DNA from: Candidatus Limnocylindrales bacterium
GTDB taxonomy: Bacteria > Chloroflexota > Limnocylindria > Limnocylindrales > CSP1-4
Direction: 5' to 3'
Assembly: GCA_038253685.1 (NCBI GenBank)
Contig: JBBSGX010000003.1
Span: forward strand, 1-38,894
DNA length: 38,894 nucleotides
This document shows positions 1-11,275 of this stretch, piece by piece. The translations under genes were made by a program, and so were the position numbers. The notes beneath the pieces were generated by a model. It was given only the letters and a program-made list of their open reading frames with translations, was not told the DNA's origin and ran no database searches. Within the stretch, counting starts at the first letter, position 1, and each line of letters starts with the position of its first letter.

Positions 1-2293
<2,293 letters not shown>

Positions 2294-2376
2294 GTCCGGG
2301 CCCATCTTAGGGGCGTCTCGGCGTCGGTGCGGTCGCAGCGGAGGCGCGGCTCGGTGACGAGGACGCCCGCCCTCCG

Positions 2377-3402
2377 TTACGGGACGGTCACCGCCGCGTG
2401 CACGATGCAGTGGTCGCTGCCGCGCGGCGTGCAGTCGGGGGAGATCTGCAGCGGCGCCACTCCGTTCGCCGCGAAGACCATGTCGATGCGCAGCAGTCCG
2501 AATGGCAGCCACTTGACGGGGTCCGGCCGCCACGTGGAGCCGGGTCCCCAGCCCACGGCACGTTGTACGTCCAGCACGCCGGAAGAAAGCTCGCCGTAGA
2601 CCTGCTCCCGCTCGGTGGTGTTGAAGTCACCCATGAGCACCAGCGGTTCCCCGCCAAGGACGAGTGGATCGATCGTGGAGCGGATGACCCCGATCTCGGC
2701 GTCGCGCAGGGACGTATCGAAGTCAACGGGCAGCGGGCCGAGCGTTCGCAGCTGTGCCGGCTGCGGGTGTGTCACGACGACATCGAGGCTATGGCCGTTG
2801 CCCAGGTCCAGGAGCGCGTGGATCAGCGGCGGATCGAGAGCGATGCCGGGTGAGCCGACGAAGGGGTAGCTGCTGAGCAGCCCGACCCCCACGGAGCCGT
2901 CGCTTGGCGAGAGCACGCGGTAGGGAAATCGTCGGAGCAGCGCCGGATCCGCGGCGATCCTGGCGGAACTGTGCCGTGCCAGCTCCTCGAGCCCGACGAT
3001 CCCGGTCCCGGCATCCTGGAGGACGGCGACGGCTGCTGCGGGATCCAGCGTCTCTGCCTCCATGTTCCAGGTGGTCACGCCGAGCGCCAGGCTGCCGGCC
3101 GGCACAGGCGGAGATGCGGCCGGAATCCAGGCGGGCACGAACCGAACGACGGCGATGACCGCGCAGACGACCAGCCCGATTCGCAGCCACCGACGCGTGG
3201 CGTGGGCGACCGGACTCACCCGGATGACGGTCAGGGGCACGAACAGGAGGAGTGGCAGGTACAGGTACGGAGCCACGATCTGGCTGAGCGCGAGGAGGCC
3301 GTGGCGTTGCGGATAGAGCACGTTGAGGGCGGACAGCACGATCAGGGTGGCCGCGCAGACAACGCCGAGCACGGTCGCCGCCCGCCTCGCCGAGTGCCCC
3401 AT
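2377..3402 (-). CDS. Endonuclease/exonuclease/phosphatase (EEP) family protein with N-terminal membrane segments
   Basis: Motifs TWNM, GLEEL, THP, MGDFN, RIDMVF, GSDH; three hydrophobic N-terminal helices; ATG 3402 preceded by GAGGAG. Confidence 0.88.
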   Translation of the reverse strand: MGHSARRAATVLGVVCAATLIVLSALNVLYPQRHGLLALSQIVAPYLYLPLLLFVPLTVIRVSPVAHATRRWLRIGLVVCAVIAVVRFVPAWIPAASPPVPAGSLALGVTTWNMEAETLDPAAAVAVLQDAGTGIVGLEELARHSSARIAADPALLRRFPYRVLSPSDGSVGVGLLSSYPFVGSPGIALDPPLIHALLDLGNGHSLDVVVTHPQPAQLRTLGPLPVDFDTSLRDAEIGVIRSTIDPLVLGGEPLVLMGDFNTTEREQVYGELSSGVLDVQRAVGWGPGSTWRPDPVKWLPFGLLRIDMVFAANGVAPLQISPDCTPRGSDHCIVHAAVTVP

Positions 3403-3524
3403 CAACGCTCCTCGTCCATGCTCCCGTGCCGGTCCCCGCGCGCGTCCCGGCGCTGCCCTGCGGCGGGTTCGCACGGGCCTCGTTCCCGCCATTCCGCCCA
3501 GGCCGCCGACGTATGCTAGCCGCG

Positions 3525-4496
3525 ATGCCCGACGCCGCCGCTCACTTCCGCGACGATCCGCCTGCACCGCCGCCCGGCACCCGGCTGACCGGCGTGGCGC
3601 TCGGCATCGACGTCGGGGGAACCGGCGTCAAGGCCGCGCTCGTCGATCTCGCGACGGCCGAGTTGGTGACGGACAGGATCCGCGAGAAGACACCGCAGCC
3701 GTCGAAGCCGGAGGCCGTCGCAGCGACGATCGGCTCGGTGGTCTCAAGGGTGCTGGCCGAGCATGACGCTCCCGCGGACCTGCCAGTGGGTTGCGGCCTC
3801 CCGGGCGTCGTCAATGACGGGCGACTGACGACAGCCGCCAACATCGATCACGCGTGGGTTGGCTGGCCGGCCGAAGAGGGCATCGGCGCTGCCATCGGGC
3901 GTCCGGTCATGATCATCAACGACGCGGATGCAGCGGGACTCGCGGAGGTGGCCTACGGTGCCGGCGAGGGGGTGGCGGGCACGCTGTTGTTGCTCACGAT
4001 CGGGACCGGCATCGGCAGCGCTCTGTTCATCGACGGCATCCTGGTGCCAAACACGGAATTCGGCCACATCGAGCTCAAGGGCCGGGACGCCGAGAGCCGC
4101 ATCAGCGGCGCAGCCCGGGAGCGCCGCGGCATCGGCTGGAAAGCCTGGGCGCGCGAGTTCGACTTCTATCTGGGCCACCTGGAGCTGTATGTGCAGCCGG
4201 ACCTGCTCATCCTCGGAGGTGGGATCTCCAAGGAGATGGCGAAGTTCGGGAAGTACCTCGAAGCCAGTGCCCCGATCGTCACCGCCAGGTACCTCAATAC
4301 ATCCGGGATCATCGGCGCGGCCTACGCGGCAGCATTTGCCCAGCGCATCGAGCGGGCGGGGTCGGGGGCCAGTGCGGCCGGGCGCCGGCGCATGGCCAAG
4401 GGCGACCCCGGGACCTACGGCGAGCTGCCGGGCAAGGGACTGACTGCGCCCAGGCGCAGCGCAGCCGCGGCCGACGCGGAGCCACCGGCGGTCTGA
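3525..4496 (+). CDS. ppgK: Polyphosphate/ATP glucokinase (ROK family)
   Basis: GIDVGGTGVK, TAANID, NDADAAGLAE, TIGTGIGSALF, PNTEFGH, GGGISK, GIIGAA; start placed at the ATG 7 nt after TATGCT. Confidence 0.88.
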   Translation: MPDAAAHFRDDPPAPPPGTRLTGVALGIDVGGTGVKAALVDLATAELVTDRIREKTPQPSKPEAVAATIGSVVSRVLAEHDAPADLPVGCGLPGVVNDGRLTTAANIDHAWVGWPAEEGIGAAIGRPVMIINDADAAGLAEVAYGAGEGVAGTLLLLTIGTGIGSALFIDGILVPNTEFGHIELKGRDAESRISGAARERRGIGWKAWAREFDFYLGHLELYVQPDLLILGGGISKEMAKFGKYLEASAPIVTARYLNTSGIIGAAYAAAFAQRIERAGSGASAAGRRRMAKGDPGTYGELPGKGLTAPRRSAAAADAEPPAV

Positions 4497-4531
4497 CGGC
4501 GGCCATGCGCCACCGCCGTTGACTTCATAAG

Positions 4532-5404
4532 ATGCAGCTCCACCTCCTCGACGCGACCTACGAGCTCTTCCGTGCCCATTTCGGGCGCCCGCCGCACGCG
4601 GATGCCGAGGGCAGGGCGGTGGGCGGCACGCTGGGCGTGGTCGAGAGCGTCCTGTCGCTGCTCCGCGAGGACGGAGTCACGCACATCGGGTGTGCCACCG
4701 ACCACGTGATTCGCTCGTGGCGCAACGAGCGCTACGCGGGCTACAAGACCGAAGCGGGGATGCCGCCCGAGCTGCTTGCGCAGTTTCCGCTGGTCGAGGA
4801 TGCGCTGCGAGCCATCGGCTGTGTGGTCTGGCCGATGGTCGAATTCGAAGCCGATGACGCCTTGGCCGCCGCGGCGGCGCGTTGGGCGGACGATCCCCGC
4901 GTCGAGCGGGTGGTGATCCTCTCGCCGGACAAGGACATGGCGCAGTGCGTCCGGGAGGACGGCCGCATCGTGACCTACGACCGGCGCAAGCGGCAATTCA
5001 TGGACGCAGACGCCGTGCAGGCCAAGTTCGGCGTCCGACCCGAGAGCATCCCCGACTTCCTGGCGCTGGTGGGCGACTCTGCAGACGGCTACCCGGGGTT
5101 GCCGGGGTGGGGCTCGGTTTCCGCGGCGGCAGTGCTCCGGAGGTATCCGCACCTCGAGGAGATCCCGGAGTCGGTTCGGGGCTGGGACGTGGGCGTCCGG
5201 GGCGCGGCCGCACTCGCCGTATCGCTGAAGGAGCATCGGCCCGAGGCGCAGCTGTATCGCGAGCTGGCGCTGCTGCGGACGGATGCGCCGATCCCCGAGG
5301 CCTCTCCCGACGAGCTCGAATGGCGCGGCGTCACGCGAGAGCCCTTCGAGCGGCTGATGGTGCGCTTGAACGAGCCGCGGCTCCGCTTCCGGGTGTCGCG
5401 CTGA
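4532..5404 (+). CDS. Stand-alone 5'-3' exonuclease / flap endonuclease (Pol I N-terminal domain homolog)
   Basis: LLDATYELFRA, RNERYAGYK, FEADDALA, SPDKDMAQ, LALVGDSADGYPGLPGWG (H3TH); no polymerase domain. Confidence 0.92.
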   Translation: MQLHLLDATYELFRAHFGRPPHADAEGRAVGGTLGVVESVLSLLREDGVTHIGCATDHVIRSWRNERYAGYKTEAGMPPELLAQFPLVEDALRAIGCVVWPMVEFEADDALAAAAARWADDPRVERVVILSPDKDMAQCVREDGRIVTYDRRKRQFMDADAVQAKFGVRPESIPDFLALVGDSADGYPGLPGWGSVSAAAVLRRYPHLEEIPESVRGWDVGVRGAAALAVSLKEHRPEAQLYRELALLRTDAPIPEASPDELEWRGVTREPFERLMVRLNEPRLRFRVSR

Positions 5405-5448
5405 CAGGACGGGGCGCCGCGCGAGCGGGAGGACGAGCGGGCAGCCCC

Positions 5449-5898
5449 ATGAATGCATCGCCGAGCGCGTCGAGGCCGGCGTCGCCGATTGCCGAGCCCA
5501 CATTCGTCGCCCGTCCGGCCGAATCGGATCCGGTGGTCCGCTGGACGCTTCGCGCCGAGTCGGTCGCTGCGTTCGTCGCGGGCGTCGCCATCTACAGCAG
5601 CGCCGGCGGATCGTTGCTGCTCTTCATCCCGTTGCTGCTCGGCCCGGACCTCTCGATGGCCGGATACCTCGTCAACCCGCGCGTCGGCGCAGCGATCTAC
5701 AACGCGGTGCATGGCTACGCGCCGGGCATCCTTCTCGCGATGCTTGGGTGGTGGCTTCGGGCCCCGCTCCTGCTGATGGCAGGCGGCGTGCTCATCGCGC
5801 ACATCAGCACGGATCGGGCCAGCGGCTACGGGCTCAAGTACCCGACTGGTTTCGGTGACACGCACCTCGGCCCGATCGACCGCCGGCGCCGAGCCTAG
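5449..5898 (+). CDS. DUF4260-like membrane protein
   Basis: LLGPDLSMAGYL...GAAIYNAVH...AHISTDRASGYGLKYPTGFGDTHLG matches the DUF4260 pattern; start uncertain. Confidence 0.82.
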   Translation: MNASPSASRPASPIAEPTFVARPAESDPVVRWTLRAESVAAFVAGVAIYSSAGGSLLLFIPLLLGPDLSMAGYLVNPRVGAAIYNAVHGYAPGILLAMLGWWLRAPLLLMAGGVLIAHISTDRASGYGLKYPTGFGDTHLGPIDRRRRA

Positions 5899-6866
5899 CG
5901 CAGCAGCTCGCGCAGGGCCGCGTGGTGTAGCGCCGCAGCGGCGATGATGCCGATCGAACGGCTGTTGCGGGAGAGGTCGAACCAGGGGCCCCCGGCGATG
6001 TCGGTCACCGTGGCGCCGCCCTCCTCGGCAATGAGCCCGGCCGCAGCCACGTCCCACAGCGACAGCCCGCCGTACTGCAGGTACGCGTCGAAGCGCCCGT
6101 TCGCGACATACGTCAAGGCGAGCGACGCGCTGCCCATGTTGCGCGCGATTCGAATGGCCCGGTGGATCCTGGTCTCGCGCCGTGCGAAACCGTGGCGCGG
6201 CAGCGAAAGGGAGACCACGGCGTCCGAGAGCTTCGCCTTCGCCGGGGGACGGATTTCGACCCCGTCAAGTTGGGCGCCACGCCCGGCAATCGCGGTGAAC
6301 ATCTCATCCCGCGTGGGGTCATAGACGGCGCCGAGGGTCGGCTTGCCACCGATTGCCAGGCCGATGCTCACGCAGAAGACGGGGATCCCGTTTGCATAGT
6401 TCACGGTCCCGTCGAGCGGGTCGATAATCCAGATGCGGTGGTCCGGCGGGATGGGGAGCGGAAGGGTTGGCTGGCTCATCGGCTGGCCCGAGGCTGCGCC
6501 CAAGGGTCCGTCGCTTGCTTCGCGCGCCGATCCCGCCGTGGACCCGGCCGTGGCTCCCCGCGCTGGTGTCGCGGCGGGTTCGCCGGCAACGGTACGCTTG
6601 CCGGCCCCAGGTGCGTCGGTGTCGCCGTTCCCGCGGCCGCCGGAGTGGCCGGATTCCTCGGCGAGGAAGGCGTCACCGGGAAAGACGCGGGTCAACGCCT
6701 CGATGATGAGTGCCTCGGACAGGTTGTCGACCTCGGTGACGACGTCGTGCTCGCCCTTGTGCACGATGCGCTCCAGGCGCTCGTAACGCTCCATCTGGAT
6801 GCGGCCGGCGCGCCGTGCGGCATCGACCGCAACATCAAGCTGTGCGTCCAGGTCTGGCAGCGGCAT
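5895..6866 (-). CDS. Inositol monophosphatase family protein (SuhB-like)
   Basis: DVVTEVD, AEESG, WIIDPLDGTVNYANG, MGSASL, LWDVAAAGLIAEEGG; low-complexity insert before WIIDP. Confidence 0.92.
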   Translation of the reverse strand: MPLPDLDAQLDVAVDAARRAGRIQMERYERLERIVHKGEHDVVTEVDNLSEALIIEALTRVFPGDAFLAEESGHSGGRGNGDTDAPGAGKRTVAGEPAATPARGATAGSTAGSAREASDGPLGAASGQPMSQPTLPLPIPPDHRIWIIDPLDGTVNYANGIPVFCVSIGLAIGGKPTLGAVYDPTRDEMFTAIAGRGAQLDGVEIRPPAKAKLSDAVVSLSLPRHGFARRETRIHRAIRIARNMGSASLALTYVANGRFDAYLQYGGLSLWDVAAAGLIAEEGGATVTDIAGGPWFDLSRNSRSIGIIAAAALHHAALRELLR

Positions 6867-6924
6867 GGCGCGATCGTAGCCGAGGCGCGCGGCCCGGAGA
6901 CGAGGGTCACGGCGACTTGTGCGC

Positions 6925-8607
6925 ATGACTGCAAGACCCGAAGATGAGAGACCGAAACACCGCCCGGAGAACCGCGTGACCCGATCTCAAACCACGGCAA
7001 GCGGACGCTGGATCCTTGCTGCTGTCGTCCTCGGATCGGGCATCGTTTTCCTTGACGGAACGATTGTCAACGTCGCTCTGAAGAAGATCGGCCAGGAGCT
7101 GCCGGCCACCCTGGTGGGCGCGTTCGAGGGTCAGGCCTACATCACGAGCGGCTACCTGGCGGTGCTGGCAGCCCTGCTCATCCTGGCCGGCGCGCTCGCT
7201 GATCGATACGGACGCCGGCGGATCTTCGCGATCGGGCTGGCCGGCTTCGGGGTGACTTCCGCACTCTGCGGGCTCGCGCCGAACATGGAGTTGATGATCC
7301 TGTTCCGGCTGCTCCAGGGTGGCGCCGGAGCCCTCCTGGTACCCGGGTCGCTCTCCCTGATCACGGCCAACTTCGAGGGTGAGGCTCGCGGCCGCGCCTT
7401 CGGGATCTGGGCAGCCTCGACGTCTGCGTTGACGGTGCTGGGGCCTCTCGTTGGCGGAGTGCTGGTGGATTCGCTGTCCTGGCGCATCGCGTTCCTCGTC
7501 AACGTGCCGCTGGTCATCCTCGCGCTCTACGCAACGATCCGCCACGTGCCCGAGTCGCGTGATGAGGAGGGGCGCGCGAGCCTCGACTGGCTGGGCTCCT
7601 TCGTCATTGCGCTGGCGATCGGGGGGATCTCGTTCGGACTGATCCGTGGCCAGGAGCGCCAGTGGAGCGACGGGCTGGCGTTCGGCGCGCTGGGGGTCGG
7701 GTTGGTGGCCGCCGTGGTCTTTCCGGTGCTGATGCTGCGTCGCAAGAATCCATTGATCCCGCCCGACCTGTTCCGGCGCCGGAACTTCACGGTCATCAAC
7801 ATCTCGACCTTCCTGATCTATGGGGCGCTGTACGTCACCCTCGTGATGCAGAGCCTCTTCATGCAGGGCGTGCTGGGGTACACAGCGCTCGGCGCCTCGG
7901 CCATCGGGTTGCCGGTCGGGATCATGCTGAGCCTGGGCTCGACCCGGGTGGGAACACTTGCCGGACGGCTGGGCCCGCGGCGGTTTCTGATCATCGGGCC
8001 GGTCCTGATGGCCGCGGCCATGGCCTGGTATGCCCGCACGCCGGTTACGAGCAAGCCATGGCAGATCGATCTCGCCAACCCGTCCAGCTATCTGCCGCCG
8101 GTTGACGTCTTCATCGACATCTTCCCGGCGATCCTGCTCTTCGGCGTGGGCATCACGCTCGTGGTGGCGCCGCTGACGACGGCGCTCATGAACTCGATCC
8201 CGGTGCGCAACGCGGGCCTGGGCTCGGCCATCAACAACGCGGTGTCCCGGGTTGGGCAGCCGCTGATCATGGCCATCCTCTTCATCGCGATCAGTGCGAC
8301 GTTCTACTCCTCGATCTCGACCCACATCACCGGCCTGGATACCTCATCGGCCCAGGTGCGCCAGGACATCCAGCCGTTGAACCCACCGAAGGTCCAGCTC
8401 CCACCGGATCAGCTCTCGACCGTGAACCAGGCATCCACGGACGCATTCCACCTGGCGATGTTTGTCAACACGCTCCTCCTCCTCGCGGGCGCGGGCGTCA
8501 ATGCCATCGGGCTCAGAGGCGGCGTGCCGGCGAAGGCCTCCGCCGAATCAGGTACCGATTCCGCGCCATCTGCAAGCGACGCAAAAGGTGCCGAGTCGGC
8601 AGGTTGA
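6925..8607 (+). CDS. MFS transporter, DHA2 (EmrB/QacA-like)
   Basis: FLDGTIVNVAL, motif A GALADRYGRRR, RLLQGGAGALLVPGSL, WRIAFLVNVP; many TM helices. Start may be GTG 6976. Confidence 0.92.
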   Translation: MTARPEDERPKHRPENRVTRSQTTASGRWILAAVVLGSGIVFLDGTIVNVALKKIGQELPATLVGAFEGQAYITSGYLAVLAALLILAGALADRYGRRRIFAIGLAGFGVTSALCGLAPNMELMILFRLLQGGAGALLVPGSLSLITANFEGEARGRAFGIWAASTSALTVLGPLVGGVLVDSLSWRIAFLVNVPLVILALYATIRHVPESRDEEGRASLDWLGSFVIALAIGGISFGLIRGQERQWSDGLAFGALGVGLVAAVVFPVLMLRRKNPLIPPDLFRRRNFTVINISTFLIYGALYVTLVMQSLFMQGVLGYTALGASAIGLPVGIMLSLGSTRVGTLAGRLGPRRFLIIGPVLMAAAMAWYARTPVTSKPWQIDLANPSSYLPPVDVFIDIFPAILLFGVGITLVVAPLTTALMNSIPVRNAGLGSAINNAVSRVGQPLIMAILFIAISATFYSSISTHITGLDTSSAQVRQDIQPLNPPKVQLPPDQLSTVNQASTDAFHLAMFVNTLLLLAGAGVNAIGLRGGVPAKASAESGTDSAPSASDAKGAESAG

Positions 8608-8626
8608 GGACCGCCGAGAGGCGGCT

Positions 8627-8815
8627 CGGGGTTCGTGGCCGATCGCTGTCGCTGGCCGGATGGCGGCCGGCAGGTGGCTGCGGGGTTCGTAGCCGATGGC
8701 TGTCGCGTGGCCGAAGGGCGACCCTCGGCGACGAGCCGCCGGCGCCTCGCGGTCATGGCAACTCGCCGCTGCACAGGCTCCAGGCCGCCTCTCGCTTGTG
8801 GCTACTCGCCGCTGC
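8627..8815. repeat. Two pairs of short imperfect direct repeats
   Basis: CGGGGTTCGT(G/A)GCCGAT(C/G)GCTGTCGC at 8627-8652 and 8681-8706 (24/26); TGGC(A/T)ACTCGCCGCTGC at 8756-8772 and 8799-8815 (16/17). Confidence 0.75.
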
Positions 8816-8985
8816 GTAGACCGAGGTGCCTCGGCGCCGAGTGCCGCTGCCTACGTCCCGCACCACACCCAGTCCGCTATGGGCATGGGATCCTCCGTGG
8901 GGCTGTCGGTCGCCGCTCGCCTGCGACAACGAGCTCTGCCCGACCGGTCAGCGAGACAGGCCGCGTTCTGTCCCGAAGTTTTCGC

Positions 8986-9204
8986 AGCTTTCAATCCTTC
9001 TGGAAACGCGGCACCTAACGCCTGGTTTTCCGGAATGGGTGAAAAGCCGAGCCGTGATCGAGGCCAACGGGCGGCGCTCTGCGGCTGTAGATCGGGGGTT
9101 TGCAGAATGAGTCTCGGTTAGGCCGCCAGGATCGACCGTCGTGACTGCCGGCAGCCGTCGGTAGGGCGGTGCCCGGTCGCTGTCAGCTTCACTCATTCCG
9201 CAAA
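8986..9204. repeat. Four degenerate copies of a ~20-bp motif in inverted arrangement (REP/BIME-like)
   Basis: Approximate consensus TTTSCRGAATGRGTGAA(A)GC: 8986-9006 (-), 9027-9047 (+), 9099-9112 (+, partial), 9185-9204 (-). Confidence 0.6.
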
Positions 9205-9297
9205 GTGCCGATGCAAGCTGCTGGAACGCGATCGACCGACTGTTCCATGCCCCGACCGGCATTGGCCACGACGAGGGCGCCCGGCGCCCTACGCCGC

Positions 9298-9813
9298 TCA
9301 GGTGCAGGAGAGCGTGATGCGATCGATCTGGTAGTCGGGCTGCCCGATCTGGGCGGCGGGAAGGATGCGCGCCTCGTCCGCGGAGTCGCCGGCTGGAATC
9401 TTCGAGGTGCGAAACACGACGTCATCGGGTCGAGGGCTGCCGTCGCGGGTCACGCGACACGTTGCGAAGGCGTCTTCCTTGCCCTCATTGACGACGTGGA
9501 TGATCACGGCGACGCCGCCACCCGCCTGGGTTGCCTGGCCGCTGACCGAGCCAACGAACGGGCCGGCGTGACCAACCGCAAGCCGCGCGATCAGCAGGAA
9601 CCCGAGGACGCCGAGCCCGACGCCGAGCAGCATCGTGCCATGGACCTGGGTCGCGCTCGGGGCCTTGATGTGGCCGGGGTTATCGGCCTCGCAGAGCGCA
9701 ACGCCGGCGGGTGTCGGCCGGCCGCAACGAACGCAACGGCTCTCCGGTTCGGCGCCCGGCCGCGGTGCGAGGAGGCCGCCCGACGGAGGTGCTGCGTGGG
9801 GTTCGCTGGTCAT
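9298..9813 (-). CDS. Hypothetical membrane-anchored protein with N-terminal zinc-ribbon-like motif
   Basis: MTSEPH...CVRCGRPTPAGVALCEADNPG, one TM helix (MLLGVGLGVLGFLLIARLAV), beta-rich C-terminal domain with two Cys; ATG 8 nt after TACCCT. Confidence 0.72.
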   Translation of the reverse strand: MTSEPHAAPPSGGLLAPRPGAEPESRCVRCGRPTPAGVALCEADNPGHIKAPSATQVHGTMLLGVGLGVLGFLLIARLAVGHAGPFVGSVSGQATQAGGGVAVIIHVVNEGKEDAFATCRVTRDGSPRPDDVVFRTSKIPAGDSADEARILPAAQIGQPDYQIDRITLSCT

Positions 9814-9900
9814 CCACGTCGAGGGTAGCGCGGACGGTCCCGGAATGCCCGCGCGGGCGACGCGGCCGCGTCGACGGCCAGAGGCGCCCCCGGGGCGCGG

Positions 9901-10096
9901 AGAGGCCGCTCGGCGGGGAGAGGCCGCTCGGCGCGTGATGCCCGACGGGCAGAGGCCGCTCGGCGGGGAGAGGCCGCTCGGCGCGTGATGCCCGACGGGC
10001 AGAGGCCGCTCGGCGGGGAGAGGCCGCTCGGCGCGTGATGCCCGACGGGCAGAGGCCGCTCGGCGGGGAGAGGCCGCCCGGCGGGGAGAGGCCGCC
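9901..10096. repeat. Tandem repeat: 3 perfect 50-bp units plus partial units built on an 18-bp subunit
   Basis: AGAGGCCGCTCGGCGGGGAGAGGCCGCTCGGCGCGTGATGCCCGACGGGC at 9901, 9951 and 10001, followed by 18-bp subunits to ~10096. Confidence 0.96.
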
Positions 10097-10100
10097 ACGA

Positions 10101-10297
10101 CCTCGTTCGTCCCTCCCATGAACGCCTGATGTGAGAATCACGGGGAAGACCGGCCACAAGGCCGCCGACGATGAGGCTTGGCCTCTGGAATTCACGTGTG
10201 GTGTGCGGCGGCCGCCGATGGTGGATAAGGGCCAGCCGCCGCTGTTGTTGTCAACGCCCTTGAGCGTGGGACGAACACCAGGCGTGAACGGGTGAGG
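10101..10297. ncRNA. Candidate structured non-coding RNA (unassigned family, strand uncertain)
   Basis: End-to-end pairing ACGCCTG 10122-10128 / CAGGCGT 10279-10285; hairpins 10151-10164, 10173-10185, 10205-10242 and 10244-10255; loop AAGGGC 10227-10232 complementary to GCCCTT 10256-10261; no credible ORF. Confidence 0.45.
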
Positions 10298-10348
10298 TCA
10301 GGGCGGTCGGGTGCGCGTCGGCTGCGCTCGGAGCTGGGCCCGGGGCAC

Positions 10349-10405
10349 AGGCCGCTCGGCGGGGAGAGGCCTCTCGGCGGGGATAGGCCGCTCGGCGGGG
10401 AGGCC
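10349..10405. repeat. Tandem repeat, ~3 copies of the same 18-bp subunit
   Basis: AGGCCGCTCGGCGGGGAG AGGCCTCTCGGCGGGGAT AGGCCGCTCGGCGGGG AGGCC, same orientation as the 9901 array. Confidence 0.92.
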
Positions 10406-10413
10406 CTCGAGCC

Positions 10414-11265
10414 CTACCCCTCCAGCCCGGCGCGCTCCCCCGCCGCCAGCACCGCCCCGAGTTCGTGCGGATGGATCCAGTGCAGAATCAACTCGTCGGC
10501 GCCGCGCTCTTGCCATTCGGTGGCGGTCGCGACCAGATCCGCGAGCAGCGGCTGCTTGTCCGGCGGGAGCTCGCCGTCGAGGTCGAGCCCGATCAGCACG
10601 GAGACGTCGGAGCGCGAGCGTCCGGCCGCGGCCAGAGCCTCGGTGAACACCGGCAGAAGCTCATTCCATGCGCTCGCGAAGGTGGTCCAGGCGTCCCCGA
10701 CGCGCGCCGCGAGCCGAGCTCCGGCGGCCTTCTCTCCTGCGACGATGATCCGCGGAGGTGGCGTCGGCGCCGGGAACGCATGCGCGGCGGTGAGCTGGTA
10801 GAAGCGCCCCTCAAAATCGACGGGCCCGCCCGAAAACAGCAGCCGCAAAACCTGCACCGCCTCCTCCAGCCGCGCCGCCCGCTCCGCCGGCTCCGGGAAC
10901 GGGATCCCGTATGCCTCGTGTTCCGCGGGGTGTCCACCGATGCCGATCCCGAGCTCCAGGCGTCCCTCGGACAGTGCGGACAGCGTCGCCGCTATCCGCG
11001 CGAGCACGGCCGGATGCCGGTTCATGACGTTGCTGACGAAGCTTCCCACGCGAAGCTTCCGCGTCCGCGCCGCCGTCGCGGCCAGCATCGTCCAGCACTC
11101 GAGCACAGGGTCGTCGAGCCGGCCACGGCTGACGAAGTGGTCCCACGACCATACCGTGCGGAAGCCGGCCGCCTCGACCCGAAGCGCTGACTGCAGCCAC
11201 CAGGCGGCTGGCACGCCGATGGTGGTCAGATCCACCCCGATCGGGATCGGTGCCCCAGCGCTCAC
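10414..11265 (-). CDS. LLM-class (luciferase-like) oxidoreductase, possibly F420-dependent
   Basis: GFRTVWSWDHF, LECWTMLAATA, RHPAVLARIAATL, SEGRLELGIGIG, RAARLEEAVQV. Confidence 0.9.
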   Translation of the reverse strand: MSAGAPIPIGVDLTTIGVPAAWWLQSALRVEAAGFRTVWSWDHFVSRGRLDDPVLECWTMLAATAARTRKLRVGSFVSNVMNRHPAVLARIAATLSALSEGRLELGIGIGGHPAEHEAYGIPFPEPAERAARLEEAVQVLRLLFSGGPVDFEGRFYQLTAAHAFPAPTPPPRIIVAGEKAAGARLAARVGDAWTTFASAWNELLPVFTEALAAAGRSRSDVSVLIGLDLDGELPPDKQPLLADLVATATEWQERGADELILHWIHPHELGAVLAAGERAGLEG

Positions 11266-11275
11266 GACAGTGCGC

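Noticed and set aside
6907-8325. 472-aa minus-strand ORF, and similar long antisense ORFs at 14773-15855, 25263-26588, 26704-27843, 27494-28684 and 34858-36132
   Set aside because: Each overlaps a clearly recognisable gene on the opposite strand and has Arg/Gly-rich shadow composition.
8635-9262. Short ORFs in the 8.6-9.3 kb gap
   Set aside because: No RBS or motifs, Arg/Cys-rich composition, mutually overlapping; treated as non-coding.
9901-10096. CRISPR array
   Set aside because: Units are identical with no unique spacers, and there are no cas genes in the window; it is a tandem repeat.
9814-10195. N-terminal extension of ORF 9298..10119 and other ORFs across the repeats
   Set aside because: The 50-bp unit is not a multiple of 3, so translation cycles through frames; a better start with a -10 box exists at 9813.
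10101-10297. Assignment to 6S, tmRNA, RNase P, SRP, hammerhead, pistol, raiA or a known riboswitch
   Set aside because: Only fragmentary resemblance; hallmark cores are absent (for example CTGATGT rather than hammerhead CTGATGA). Left unassigned.
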